From: Candidatus Epulonipiscium sp.
GTDB taxonomy: Bacteria; Bacillota; Clostridia; Lachnospirales; Defluviitaleaceae
DNA: 64,000 nucleotides
Assembly: GCA_012519205.1 (NCBI GenBank)
Contig: JAAYQR010000028.1
Coordinates: 4,411-68,410 of the forward strand
Direction: 5' to 3'
The notes below the pieces were generated by a model. It worked only from the letters and a program-made list of their open reading frames with translations. It ran no database searches and was not told the DNA's origin. Below, one piece after another: positions 46,062-56,070 of the stretch. Each line of letters starts with the position of its first letter. Within the stretch, counting starts at the first letter, position 1. The position numbers and the translations under genes were made by a program.

Positions 46062-47150
46062 TTATATTTGTTTAACCGAATTCCTTATCATTAACTTAGG
46101 TTCAATCCTATCTTGCATGATATTCTGATTACCTTTTAACTGGGATATGAGGTTGGACGCTGCCTTTCTCCCTAATACTTCTTTTGGATGCGCTACAGTT
46201 GTCAATTTTATTTCGCCTTGCTGTGCCAGTTCAGAATTATCAAAACCTACTATGGAGTAATCCTTAGGAACATCTAGTCCCTGGCTTTTAAATAGCTTAA
46301 TTATTTCCATAGCAATCAAATCATTATAGCAAATAATCCCCGTATATTTTTTTTCTTTATTTATAGATTGATTAAAGTACCTATAATCTGAGAATAATAT
46401 ATCCCTATCTTGGGATGAATACCATATCACAGCATCTTCATTTATATCTATATCTCTTTCTCTATGTGCCCTAACAAATCCTTGGAAACGGGCATGTCCC
46501 TGCATATCATCGCTTTTAAAGATACCTACAATATTTCTATGTCCCTTATCCATCAAATGTTTTGTTGCTAGATATCCGCCTAGGATATCGTCCTCTATTA
46601 CATAAGATGAATTAATCTGATTATAATAAGCATGTATAAATACAATAGGAATATTTTTGGCTTTAAACTTTTTATAAATATCTAAATTAGGATTTGGCAA
46701 AATGCTTTTTGTAGGTTCTATAATAAGTCCCTCTAAGTCATTGCTCAACATATTAAGGAGGCAGTCTCTTTCCTTTTGAAACTCATTGTTAGTATGCCCA
46801 AGTAAAATAGTATAACCTTCTTTACTAAGTATTTCATCAATTCCATAAATGATACTAGGGAAAATATAGTCTTTTAGATATGTGGTCACGACTCCTATTA
46901 ATTTTGTCTTCTTCTTTTTCATTCCATCGGTACTGGCAACAAAGGTGCCTTTGCCTTGTATCTGATAAAGCCATCCTTCATTAATAAGTTCTCCTATGGC
47001 TTTCCTGACAGTATGCCGGCTTATTTGAAATTTATTAGCCAGTTCATGTTCTGAAAATAGTTTATCACCGTTTTTAAGTTCTCCATCTGCTATATATTTT
47101 TTAATAAATTCTTTGACTTTTATATATTTAGGTTCACCATTTAGATTCAT
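46062..47150 (-). CDS. araR: Arabinose-responsive repressor AraR (GntR-type HTH plus LacI/PBP-type sugar-binding domain)
   Basis: N-terminal GntR wHTH sequence GDKLFSEHELANKFQISRHTVRKAIGELINEGWLYQIQGKGTFV, followed by a periplasmic-binding-protein-like domain. Start set at ATG 47150 (GAGGTGG upstream). Confidence 0.85.
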   Translation of the reverse strand: MNLNGEPKYIKVKEFIKKYIADGELKNGDKLFSEHELANKFQISRHTVRKAIGELINEGWLYQIQGKGTFVASTDGMKKKKTKLIGVVTTYLKDYIFPSIIYGIDEILSKEGYTILLGHTNNEFQKERDCLLNMLSNDLEGLIIEPTKSILPNPNLDIYKKFKAKNIPIVFIHAYYNQINSSYVIEDDILGGYLATKHLMDKGHRNIVGIFKSDDMQGHARFQGFVRAHRERDIDINEDAVIWYSSQDRDILFSDYRYFNQSINKEKKYTGIICYNDLIAMEIIKLFKSQGLDVPKDYSIVGFDNSELAQQGEIKLTTVAHPKEVLGRKAASNLISQLKGNQNIMQDRIEPKLMIRNSVKQI

Positions 47151-47163
47151 AATCCACCTCTTC

Positions 47164-47179
47164 ACATTGTATGCACAAG
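47164..47179. promoter_or_regulatory. Weaker AraR-type box in the araR leader (possible autoregulation)
   Basis: CATTGTA-TG-CACAAGA lies immediately upstream of the araR SD. Confidence 0.4.
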
Positions 47180-47287
47180 ATGATTGTATCACATATTTAT
47201 ATCCTTGTGAATATCTTATACATTCTTCATGAATTACCTAAAACTATATTGAAAAATAGACAAAAACAGTGTAAAATCTAAGTATCT

Positions 47288-47303
47288 ACTTGTATGTACA
47301 AGT
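47288..47303. promoter_or_regulatory. AraR-type operator in the araR/araA divergent region
   Basis: Perfect palindrome ACTTGTA-TG-TACAAGT. Confidence 0.7.
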
Positions 47304-47365
47304 ATAGTGCTTTAGCATAATACTATAGGATAATAAAAATAAACCCAAATCAAAGGAGAAGGACT

Positions 47366-48844
47366 ATGTTAAACTTAAAATCTTTGGAAATCTGGTTTGT
47401 AACAGGAAGTCAACATTTATACGGACTCGAAACCCTCAGGCAAGTAGAAGAGCATTCCCACAAAATAGTAGAAGGTCTGGATAAGGATTCATCCATCCCC
47501 TGTAAGGTTGTATTTAAGCCTATCCTAACTACCTCCAATGCTATCCGTAAACTTTGCCAAGAAGCCAACCTAGATGGAAAATGCGTCGGTATTATTACAT
47601 GGATGCATACATTTTCTCCAGCTAAAATGTGGATTGCCGGCCTTTCTGAACTTAAAAAACCCCTGTTCCATCTTCATACTCAATTTAACAGGGATATTCC
47701 ATGGAATAGTATTGATATGGATTTTATGAATCTTAATCAATCTGCCCATGGGGATAGAGAATATGGCTTTATCGGTGCCAGATTAAAAATTGCCCGTAAA
47801 ATTATCGTAGGTTATTGGGAAGACCCTAAGACTAAAAATCGTATAGGAGCATGGATGCGCTCTGCTGTTGCCTTTACCGAAGGCCACAAACTTAAGGTAG
47901 CCCGTTTTGGTGATAATATGCGTAATGTTGCTGTTACCGAAGGAGATAAGGTAGAAGCTCAAATAAAATTTGGCTGGGCAGTTGATGCTTATGGCATAGG
48001 CGACCTCGTAGAATATATTGATGCCGTAACTAATGTACAAATCAATGAACTAATGGACGAATACAAAAAACTCTACGATATAGATACTAAAGCTAATATA
48101 GACTCCATAAAAGAACAAGCTCGTATCGAAATAGGTATAAAAAACTTTTTAGTTAAAGGAAATTACGGTGCCTTTACTACTAATTTCGAAAATCTATATG
48201 GTATGAAACAACTTCCGGGACTTGCAGTACAACACCTAATGGCACAAGGTTATGGTTTCGGTGGTGAAGGTGACTGGAAGACAGCCGCTATGGTCCATAT
48301 TATGAAAATGATGGCATCGGGGCTTAAGGGTGGAACTTCCTTCATGGAAGACTATACCTATCATCTCGAACCAGATAATGAAATGATATTAGGAGCCCAT
48401 ATGTTAGAAGTATGTCCTAGTATATCGGCAACAAAGCCAAGGATTGAAGTTCACCCCTTAGGTATCGGTGGAAAAGCTGACCCTGCCCGTTTAGTATTTG
48501 ACGGTAAATGTGGCCCTGCCATCGCCGCTTCTTTAGTGGAAATGGGTGGCCGTTATCGTCTTATTATCAATGCTGTAAATGCCATCCAACCTACACAGCC
48601 AATGCCTAATCTTCCTGTAGCAGGAGTGCTTTGGAAGCCCCAACCATCCCTTAGTGAAGCTGCAGAAGCTTGGATACTTGCCGGGGGCGCTCACCATACT
48701 TCCTTCTCCTATGATATTACGGCAGAACAAATGATGGATTGGGCGGAAATGGCACAAATTGAATGTGTACTCATTGACAATAGTACAGATCTTCTTAGAT
48801 TTAGAAATGAACTAAGATGGAATGATATGGCTTGGAGAAGATAA
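47366..48844 (+). CDS. araA: L-arabinose isomerase
   Basis: 492 aa. N-terminus EIWFVTGSQHLYG and FGGEGDWKTAA are typical AraA blocks. Confidence 0.92.
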   Translation: MLNLKSLEIWFVTGSQHLYGLETLRQVEEHSHKIVEGLDKDSSIPCKVVFKPILTTSNAIRKLCQEANLDGKCVGIITWMHTFSPAKMWIAGLSELKKPLFHLHTQFNRDIPWNSIDMDFMNLNQSAHGDREYGFIGARLKIARKIIVGYWEDPKTKNRIGAWMRSAVAFTEGHKLKVARFGDNMRNVAVTEGDKVEAQIKFGWAVDAYGIGDLVEYIDAVTNVQINELMDEYKKLYDIDTKANIDSIKEQARIEIGIKNFLVKGNYGAFTTNFENLYGMKQLPGLAVQHLMAQGYGFGGEGDWKTAAMVHIMKMMASGLKGGTSFMEDYTYHLEPDNEMILGAHMLEVCPSISATKPRIEVHPLGIGGKADPARLVFDGKCGPAIAASLVEMGGRYRLIINAVNAIQPTQPMPNLPVAGVLWKPQPSLSEAAEAWILAGGAHHTSFSYDITAEQMMDWAEMAQIECVLIDNSTDLLRFRNELRWNDMAWRR

Positions 48845-48875
48845 GATTATAAAAAACATTATGGAGGATTAGTGT

Positions 48876-50483
48876 ATGAATCTGAAAATGCATGATGTTA
48901 AAAACTCTATTATTAACGGAAAAACTGCATTGGGAATTGAACTGGGTTCAACTAGAATCAAAGCTGTCCTTGTTGGTGAGGATAATTCACCAATTGCTTC
49001 TGGCAGCCACGACTGGGAAAATAGCTATATTAACAACATGTGGACTTACAGCGTAGAAGAAATTTGGAAGGGGGTGCAAGATAGCTTCCGAAAGATGGCT
49101 TATGATGTTAAACAACAGTATGGTATTACTCTCCAAAAAATAGGGGCTATTGGTTTTAGTGCAATGATGCATGGCTATCTGGCCTTTGATAAGGATGAGA
49201 ACCTCTTGGTGCCATTTCGCACATGGCGTAACAACATTACTGAAGAAGCATCCAAATCCTTAACAAAGCTATTTAACTATAATATCCCCCAACGATGGAG
49301 TATCGCCCACCTTTATCAAGCTATCTTAAATGCAGAAGAACATATAACTGATATAAACTTCCTAACAACCCTAGCAGGATATGTTCACTGGAAATTGACA
49401 GGTCAAAAAGTGCTTGGAATTGGAGAGGCTTCAGGGGTTTTTCCAATCGATTTAAATTCTAAGCGTTATGATAAAAACATGACTAATCAGTTTAACAAAT
49501 TGATTGATTCTTATAATCTTCCATGGAAGCTTGAAGATATCCTTCCTAAGGTATTGCTAGCCGGTGAAAATGCCGGTATCCTTACAGAAGAAGGAGCAAG
49601 GCTTTTAGACATTTCTGGAAACCTTCAGGCAGGCATTCCCCTTTGTCCTCCTGAGGGAGATGCAGGAACAGGTATGGTTGCAACCAATAGCATTGCAAAA
49701 CGTACTGGGAATGTTTCCGCGGGAACATCAGTATTTGCGATGATTGTCCTAGAAAAGGAGTTGTCCAAGGTGCATCCTGAAATAGACCTAGTTACAACCC
49801 CTGTGGGTAACTTGGTGGCTATGGCTCATTCCAACAATTGTTCCTCAGATCTTAATGCATGGGTAGGATTATTTGCGGAATTTGCAAAGTCAATGGGCAT
49901 AGAACCAAATATGGATAAGATATTTGGTTCTCTATACAATATGGCACTAAAAGGCGACCCAGATTGTGGCGGCTTATTAGCTTATGGTTATCTCTCCGGA
50001 GAACATATGACAGGCTTTGAAGAAGGCCGTCCATTATTTGTCCGTTCCTCTGATAGCAAATTCAATCTGGCTAACTTTATGAGAGTTAATTTATTTACGG
50101 CTTTGGGAGCTCTTAAGATTGGTCTTGATATTCTTCTTAAAGAAGAAGGGATTAAATTAGATAAAATCTTAGGCCATGGGGGTTTATTCAAAACAAAAAG
50201 AGTAGGACAAAAAATCATGGCCGGTGCCATTAATGTACCTGTAACCGTTATGGAAACCGCTGGTGAAGGCGGTGCATGGGGGATAGCTCTACTGGCGTCC
50301 TATATGATTAATAAAAATGGTGGCGAAACCTTAGAAGTTTATCTTAGCACTAAAGTATTCGCAGGAAAAGGAGTCCATACCATGACCCCTGATTCTAAGG
50401 ATGTGGAAGGCTTTGAAAAATTTATGGACCGTTATGTTAAAGGACTTGCTATTGAGCGGGCTGCTATAAAATATCTTAAATAA
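48876..50483 (+). CDS. araK: FGGY-family sugar kinase, probable ribulokinase of the clostridial AraK type
   Basis: FGGY N-terminal [14 protein letters not shown] and C-terminal GGGLFKT-like [20 protein letters not shown]. Sits directly after araA in an AraR-box-controlled operon. It does not look like classical AraB (MAYTIGVDFGT...). Confidence 0.6.
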   Translation: MNLKMHDVKNSIINGKTALGIELGSTRIKAVLVGEDNSPIASGSHDWENSYINNMWTYSVEEIWKGVQDSFRKMAYDVKQQYGITLQKIGAIGFSAMMHGYLAFDKDENLLVPFRTWRNNITEEASKSLTKLFNYNIPQRWSIAHLYQAILNAEEHITDINFLTTLAGYVHWKLTGQKVLGIGEASGVFPIDLNSKRYDKNMTNQFNKLIDSYNLPWKLEDILPKVLLAGENAGILTEEGARLLDISGNLQAGIPLCPPEGDAGTGMVATNSIAKRTGNVSAGTSVFAMIVLEKELSKVHPEIDLVTTPVGNLVAMAHSNNCSSDLNAWVGLFAEFAKSMGIEPNMDKIFGSLYNMALKGDPDCGGLLAYGYLSGEHMTGFEEGRPLFVRSSDSKFNLANFMRVNLFTALGALKIGLDILLKEEGIKLDKILGHGGLFKTKRVGQKIMAGAINVPVTVMETAGEGGAWGIALLASYMINKNGGETLEVYLSTKVFAGKGVHTMTPDSKDVEGFEKFMDRYVKGLAIERAAIKYLK

Positions 50484-50540
50484 TTAAGACATAAGGACAT
50501 GGGATGGTTTAGTTATTAGGTGGCACTGGGAGGTATAAGG

Positions 50541-51674
50541 ATGAAAGTTGTAATAGCAATTGATTCACTAAAAGGAAGCCTTACTTCCATGGAGGCGGGA
50601 AATGCAATCAAAGAGGGAATATTAAGAGTGTCTAATGCTAATATTATTGTAAAACCTTTAGCTGATGGAGGAGAAGGAACTGTCGATACTCTTATAGAGG
50701 GCTTAGGATGCAAGAAAATTTATGTAGATGTAACCGGACCCTTAAATCAAAGAGTAACCGCTTATTATGGATATCAGGAAAAAAGTAACACAGCTATTAT
50801 TGAAATGGCTTCTGCCTCTGGAATAACCCTAATAAAGCCAGATGAAAGAAACCCCATGATTGCTACTACTTATGGGGTAGGTGAAATGATTAAACATGCG
50901 GCAAAAAATGGCTGTCGGCATTTCATTGTGGCTATAGGGGGCAGTGCTACTAATGATGGTGGCATTGGAATGCTACAGGCTCTTGGCTATGAATTTTTTG
51001 GCATTGATAATAAAGCTGTAGGGCAAGGCGGACAAGCCCTAGAAAAAATTAAATCAATTTCGGATAATAATAAGTTGGATTTACTTAAGGAATGTAGTTT
51101 TAAAGTGGCATGTGATGTGACTAACCCCCTTTGTGGCATCAATGGGGCTACTTATATATACGGCCCCCAAAAAGGGGTTACCGATGATATTAAGGATTCG
51201 CTAGATGCCGGTATGAAAAACTATGCAAAGATTACCAAATCTTTTAATGGTACTGATTATAAAAACTTTCCCGGTGCTGGTGCTGCAGGTGGCCTAGGAT
51301 TTGCATTTTTAAGCTTTTTGAATGCTGAGTTAGAACTCGGAATTGAACTGATATTAAATGCGGTTCAGCTAGAAAAAGATATCCTTGATGCTGACTATGT
51401 AATAACAGGTGAAGGAAAACTCGATTATCAAACTTCAATGGGTAAAGCCCCTATCGGAGTGGCTAAACTAGCTAAAAAACATGGAGTAAAGGTTATTGCC
51501 CTAACAGGAAGTATAGGTAAAGACGCATCTAAATGCAATGAGGCAGGAATAGATGCTTATTTTTCTATCATCAATTCAATTATAAGCTTAGAGTATGCTA
51601 TGGATAAAAAAATTGCTATAAAAAATATGACTGAAACCGCTGAGCAGGTCTTTCGTCTTATCTCATCCGTCTAA
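50541..51674 (+). CDS. glxK: Glycerate kinase
   Basis: MKVVIAIDSLKGSLTS, ADGGEGT, GGSATNDGG and GEGKLDYQT are glycerate kinase family blocks. Start at ATG 50541 with GGAGG upstream. Confidence 0.85.
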   Translation: MKVVIAIDSLKGSLTSMEAGNAIKEGILRVSNANIIVKPLADGGEGTVDTLIEGLGCKKIYVDVTGPLNQRVTAYYGYQEKSNTAIIEMASASGITLIKPDERNPMIATTYGVGEMIKHAAKNGCRHFIVAIGGSATNDGGIGMLQALGYEFFGIDNKAVGQGGQALEKIKSISDNNKLDLLKECSFKVACDVTNPLCGINGATYIYGPQKGVTDDIKDSLDAGMKNYAKITKSFNGTDYKNFPGAGAAGGLGFAFLSFLNAELELGIELILNAVQLEKDILDADYVITGEGKLDYQTSMGKAPIGVAKLAKKHGVKVIALTGSIGKDASKCNEAGIDAYFSIINSIISLEYAMDKKIAIKNMTETAEQVFRLISSV

Positions 51675-51697
51675 ATCCCCTCTTTGTTATAGATATT

Positions 51698-51729
51698 AAA
51701 AAAGATACTAGCACGCTAGTATCTTTTTT
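51698..51729. terminator. Bidirectional hairpin terminator
   Basis: AAAAAAGATACTAGC-AC-GCTAGTATCTTTTTT lies between convergent glxK and the 60-aa ORF. Confidence 0.75.
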
Positions 51730-51910
51730 AATTATGATTTAGATTTTCCCCTCTTAAATCCATTGTATCATTTTTTTCCCCTTTTGGAATTCTTCCTTCT
51801 GATTCTAGTCTGATTTTTTCTACTTTTTGCAAGTGACTAAAGTAAATATTAGTGACAGAAATAATTGTAATACATATGGCAATAACTATCCCCAAAATAA
51901 CCTCTGGCAT
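51728..51910 (-). CDS. Hypothetical 60-aa single-TM protein
   Basis: AAGGAGG lies 9 nt upstream of the ATG. N-terminal hydrophobic helix VILGIVIAICITIISVTNIYF. Confidence 0.45.
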   Translation of the reverse strand: MPEVILGIVIAICITIISVTNIYFSHLQKVEKIRLESEGRIPKGEKNDTMDLRGENLNHN

Positions 51911-52000
51911 TACTGATTTTCCTCCTTAGATTAATATTTATAAATACTATAATCTATTATACGAGGAAAACAACCCAAAGTCTGCTATCTTTTATAATAA

Positions 52001-53359
52001 TTAATTTACTAATATCAATTTATGATTCTCATCTAATTTTCTCATTTCCTTCCAAATAAATAATCCCGTAATTACTGTAGATAAACCATCTGCTATAGGT
52101 CCTGCCATCCAAACACCTGATAACTCAAATGCCATGGGGAGAAGCAATAACAAAGGAATTAATAAAATTACCTGTCGCAGCAAACTTAATACTATAGATA
52201 TTTTTGCTTTTCCTACTGCTTGGAAATAGTTTGAGCTTACAATTTGAAAACCTATTAAAGGCATCATGCTTAAGAATATACGAATGCCACTACTACCTAT
52301 TCGAATTAGTTCTGGTGAATCGTTAAAAATCCGAATAACAGCTTCTGGATATACTTCCACTACAATAAAACCTAAGGTAGAGATAACTGTAGCCGCTACA
52401 ACTGCCAGTTTTAATGCCTGTTTTACCCTATCGTATTGTTTTGCCCCATAATTGTATCCGATTATAGGTTGTACTCCTTGATTAATACCAAAAATAGGCA
52501 TAAAGAATATCATAGCTACGCTAGATATAATACTCATAGCGCCGATGGCCAAATCTCCCCCATAATCCCTTAGGGCATTATTAGATATGGTGGTAACTAC
52601 ACTGGCAGCCAATTGCATGGCAAAAGGAGACATTCCAATGGAAAATATTTCTATAATCACATTTCTTGATAACTTCATATTTCTAATATGAAAATTTAAG
52701 TGACTGTGTTTACTTTGTAGAAATGCAAGTACATATACAGCACTAATAGCCTGTGAGATTATGGTCGCATAAGCTGCACCCTTAATCCCCATGGCAAAAA
52801 CAAAAATAAATATCGGGTCCAAAATAGTATTGGTTAATGCACCTATTAGCATAGATGCCATAGCCGCCCTTGGATGGCCTTGGGCACGAATCATATGATT
52901 CATGGCAAATCCTATGGTATTACCTAAGGAACCATATAAGATGATAGTAATATAATCCCTAGCATATGCATAGGTGTTTTCACTGGCTCCAAATATCCTA
53001 AGTAAAGGGTCCCTGTATATAAGGCCTAATATAGTAACAAGAACTGTGACGATAATCATTAATATAAAAGAATTTCCTAGTATGCGTTCGGCATCCTCTT
53101 TTCTATCCTGCCCTAACCTGATAGAAATAAGGGAAGCCCCACCAATACCTACTAGCATAGAAAAAGCTAAAAGGATTGTCATAAAAGGAAAGGCCACTCC
53201 TATCCCCGTAAGGGCCAGTTCATTTACTCCCTTTCCTACAAATATCCTATCCACTATATTATATAATGCATTTACAAGCATTCCCACTATTGCCGGTATA
53301 GAAAACTTAAGAAGTAACCGACCTATTCCTTCATTTTTCAATTGTTCTTGCGTAGTCAT
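52001..53359 (-). CDS. MATE-family multidrug/compound efflux transporter
   Basis: 452 aa, about 12 TM segments. N-terminus LLKFSIPAIVGMLVNALYNIVDRIFVG is typical of MATE/NorM-like proteins. Confidence 0.88.
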   Translation of the reverse strand: MTTQEQLKNEGIGRLLLKFSIPAIVGMLVNALYNIVDRIFVGKGVNELALTGIGVAFPFMTILLAFSMLVGIGGASLISIRLGQDRKEDAERILGNSFILMIIVTVLVTILGLIYRDPLLRIFGASENTYAYARDYITIILYGSLGNTIGFAMNHMIRAQGHPRAAMASMLIGALTNTILDPIFIFVFAMGIKGAAYATIISQAISAVYVLAFLQSKHSHLNFHIRNMKLSRNVIIEIFSIGMSPFAMQLAASVVTTISNNALRDYGGDLAIGAMSIISSVAMIFFMPIFGINQGVQPIIGYNYGAKQYDRVKQALKLAVVAATVISTLGFIVVEVYPEAVIRIFNDSPELIRIGSSGIRIFLSMMPLIGFQIVSSNYFQAVGKAKISIVLSLLRQVILLIPLLLLLPMAFELSGVWMAGPIADGLSTVITGLFIWKEMRKLDENHKLILVN

Positions 53360-53802
53360 TACTTTTCCTCCCTATTGTAGTATTGATGTATATTTTTTGT
53401 CATGGCCTCTAGGAGGTTTATTGACTTTTGTTTATCCTCTTCTGAAAAACCATCCACTAATATATCAGTCCAATTTCTTAGTATTTTAAAAATATCTCCT
53501 TTTATACTTAAAGCTCTATCAGTTAAAAAAACTAATTGGGCTCTCCTGTCATTAGAATCTATTTTTCTATAAACATATCCCTCTTCTTCAAGCTTTTTGA
53601 TTGCCCTTGCCGTTGTTCCTTTATCAATATCTAGCAAATATGATATTTCTTCTTGGCGTATTCCATCTTGTTGATAGAGGATATTTAAAAATATAAATTG
53701 CCCACTTCCAATACCAAAAGCTTCAAGCTTTCTGTTTATATAACATTGGGCTTGTCTATATATTATTGATATATATCTCCCAATGGACCTTGAATGCTGC
53801 AT
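53359..53802 (-). CDS. MarR-family transcriptional regulator
   Basis: wHTH sequence QEEISYLLDIDKGTTARAIKKLEEEGYVYRKIDSNDRRAQLVFLT. Start set at ATG 53802 (GAGAGGAG upstream). Its stop overlaps the MATE start. Confidence 0.85.
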   Translation of the reverse strand: MQHSRSIGRYISIIYRQAQCYINRKLEAFGIGSGQFIFLNILYQQDGIRQEEISYLLDIDKGTTARAIKKLEEEGYVYRKIDSNDRRAQLVFLTDRALSIKGDIFKILRNWTDILVDGFSEEDKQKSINLLEAMTKNIHQYYNREEK

Positions 53803-53906
53803 TATAAAACTCCTCTCATTGGTTGCATCAACAACTATATCATAATAGGGTTTAGTTGTCAATGCAACCAATATACAAAAAAATCATAATTTCTTAGAAT
53901 GATTTG

Positions 53907-53935
53907 TTGACAAATGACAATTCCCATAGTATCAT
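53907..53935 (+). promoter_or_regulatory. Sigma-A promoter of bioY
   Basis: TTGACA (53907-53912), 17-nt spacer, TATCAT (53930-53935). Confidence 0.6.
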
Positions 53936-53939
53936 TTGA

Positions 53940-53970
53940 TTGTCAACCAATATTTATCAGTGGTTAACAA
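53940..53970. promoter_or_regulatory. BirA-type operator (bioO) overlapping the bioY transcription start region
   Basis: TTGTCAACC-N13-GGTTAACAA, i.e. TGTCAAC-N15-GTTAACA, has the geometry of Firmicute BirA sites (TGTnAAC-N15-GTTnACA). Confidence 0.6.
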
Positions 53971-53993
53971 TCAAATAGTAGGAGGTTTTAGTA

Positions 53994-54551
53994 ATGAATA
54001 TGAAAGTTAAGGATATGATTTTAGTTTCACTATTTGCAGCATTAACAGCGATTGGAGCATTTATCAAATTTCCTGTGGGTCCCGCTCCTATGTCACTTCA
54101 GTTTTTATTTACCGCCTTTTCTGCTATACTTCTTGGTTCAAAGCTGGGGGCTCTTTCTCAGCTCATATATTTGATAATAGGCCTTAGCGGAATTCCAATT
54201 TTTACCGGCGGTGGCGGTATAGGTTATATTCTAAATCCCACCTTTGGGTATCTTATCGGATTTGTCATAGGCGCTTTTGTGATAGGAAAAAGTATTGAAA
54301 ATGCAAAGTCAAATTCTTTTATGAGGCTTTTTACTTCATGTTTGATTGGGTTGGGGGTTGTATATCTAATAGGAGTTCCTTATTTGTATTTGATTTTAAA
54401 AAATGTGGTTCAAAAAGACATTACCTTCATAGAGACCCTAAAGTCGGGATTAATAGTCTTTCTCCCTGGGGACTTTATAAAATGTTTCATTACCTCATTT
54501 ATAGGGTTTAAAATAATTCCCATACTAAACAAACTCAAGGCTAATAAATAA
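53994..54551 (+). CDS. bioY: Biotin transporter BioY (ECF S component)
   Basis: 185 aa with 5-6 TM segments. Contains FIKFPVGPAPMSLQ and GYLIGF blocks typical of BioY. Confidence 0.85.
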   Translation: MNMKVKDMILVSLFAALTAIGAFIKFPVGPAPMSLQFLFTAFSAILLGSKLGALSQLIYLIIGLSGIPIFTGGGGIGYILNPTFGYLIGFVIGAFVIGKSIENAKSNSFMRLFTSCLIGLGVVYLIGVPYLYLILKNVVQKDITFIETLKSGLIVFLPGDFIKCFITSFIGFKIIPILNKLKANK

Positions 54552-54626
54552 ATATATTGATTTACTAATGACATATTTTATTCTTCCTTGTATAATTCTA
54601 ATAGAAACTTACAAAGGAGAAATGTT

Positions 54627-55304
54627 GTGAATAATAAACGTATTTGGGAAATTGACTTTCTTAGGGGAATTGCACTTATTCTTATGATGATATTTCATCT
54701 TCTATATGACCTTAATGACTTTTTTAACATCCCTATCCCCTCTTGGAATGGATTTTGGTACTATGAAGGAAAGGTTTCTGCTATTTTATTTATGCTTTTG
54801 GCTGGGATTAGCAGTACTTTTAGTAAAAATAATTTCAAAAGAGGTTTAAGAGTTTTTATTATTGGAATGGGGTTAACTATTGTCACATATCTAATAATGC
54901 CATCGGAATATATCCGCTTTGGAATTCTTCATTTGATGGGTGTTGGTATGATTATATATCATTTTATTAGGGTTATACCCATTATACATACTTCTATTTT
55001 ATCTATCTTCATCATTATTTTAGGATATATATTTAGTAACATTAATATGTCTACATGGCTTCTTATACCCTTGGGAATTACAGATAGAAACTTTGTATCT
55101 ATGGATTATTATCCCCTTTTCCCTTGGCTTGCTGTATTTTTAACCGGAAGCATAACCGGTAGAATTTTATACAAAGAAAAAAGGAGCATCCTCCAGAAGA
55201 CTTATGGCAATGACCCTGTCACATTTCTTGGAAGACACTCCCTTATGGTTTATCTTATTCATCAACCGGTAATTTTATTAATCCTCTATTTGATTTTTAT
55301 ATAG
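54627..55304 (+). CDS. Membrane acyltransferase-like protein, DUF1624 / heparan-alpha-glucosaminide N-acetyltransferase-like
   Basis: RIWEIDFLRGIALILMMIFH at the N-terminus plus multiple TM segments. GTG 54627 has AAAGGAGA 6 nt upstream. Confidence 0.6.
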   Translation: MNNKRIWEIDFLRGIALILMMIFHLLYDLNDFFNIPIPSWNGFWYYEGKVSAILFMLLAGISSTFSKNNFKRGLRVFIIGMGLTIVTYLIMPSEYIRFGILHLMGVGMIIYHFIRVIPIIHTSILSIFIIILGYIFSNINMSTWLLIPLGITDRNFVSMDYYPLFPWLAVFLTGSITGRILYKEKRSILQKTYGNDPVTFLGRHSLMVYLIHQPVILLILYLIFI

Positions 55305-56070
55305 GTATCATATGAGGTTTGCCTGTTACCGGATTTTTCATCATATATACTTCCATGTCATATACGTTTTTTATATTTTCTTTCGTCAATACTTCTTCCA
55401 CTGAACCCAGGGCCGAAATTTTTCCTTGGCTTAACAAAATAAGTTCATCACTGAATCTAGCTGCTAGATTTAAATCATGAAGTACGGCTATAACCGTAAG
55501 ACCCTTTTGCGTGTTCAAGCCTTTTATACTATCTAATAATTTAATCTGGTGATGAATATCTAAATGGGCTATGGGTTCATCCAAAAGTAGAACATCCGAT
55601 TCTTGGGTTAGAGCCCTAGCTACGATAACCCTTTGTCTTTCCCCACCACTTAAATTGTTAATATTTTCATGTCTCATTTGCCAAGTATTGGTTGTCATCA
55701 TAGATTCCCTTGCTATGGCGGCATCTTTATCCTTTTCCATTTCAAATCTTTTAAGGTGGGGGGTTCTTCCCATCATTACTATGGCCTCTGCTGAAAAATC
55801 AAAATTTATTTCTGTATTTTGGGGTACCGATGCTAACTTTCTTGCCAACTCTTTGCCTTTAAAGTCTAGAATATCTTTATCTTCAATCCATATAGTATCC
55901 TTTTGGGGCTCTAGTATTTTTGTTATACTCTTAAGAAGTGTTGTCTTTCCCGAACCATTAGGCCCTATTATACTATAGAATTTTCCCCTTTCCATTTCTA
56001 AATCTATGTTATCTAAGATTAGTCTTTCCCCATATTTCCAGTGAAGAGCCTTAATTTTTATGATTTTCAT
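55297..56070 (-). CDS. Iron-siderophore/cobalamin-type ABC transporter ATP-binding protein (BtuD/FecE-like)
   Basis: Walker A GPNGSGKTT, signature LSGGERQRVIVARAL, Walker B LLLDEPIAHLD. Confidence 0.88.
   Translation of the reverse strand: MKIIKIKALHWKYGERLILDNIDLEMERGKFYSIIGPNGSGKTTLLKSITKILEPQKDTIWIEDKDILDFKGKELARKLASVPQNTEINFDFSAEAIVMMGRTPHLKRFEMEKDKDAAIARESMMTTNTWQMRHENINNLSGGERQRVIVARALTQESDVLLLDEPIAHLDIHHQIKLLDSIKGLNTQKGLTVIAVLHDLNLAARFSDELILLSQGKISALGSVEEVLTKENIKNVYDMEVYMMKNPVTGKPHMIPI

Noticed and set aside
50516-50713. A 65-aa minus-strand ORF, and the extended track start (50520) of the glycerate kinase gene.
   Set aside because: The minus-strand ORF is antisense to the well-conserved glycerate kinase N-terminus. 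The kinase itself starts at ATG 50541 (MKVVIAIDSLKG) with a GGAGG SD.
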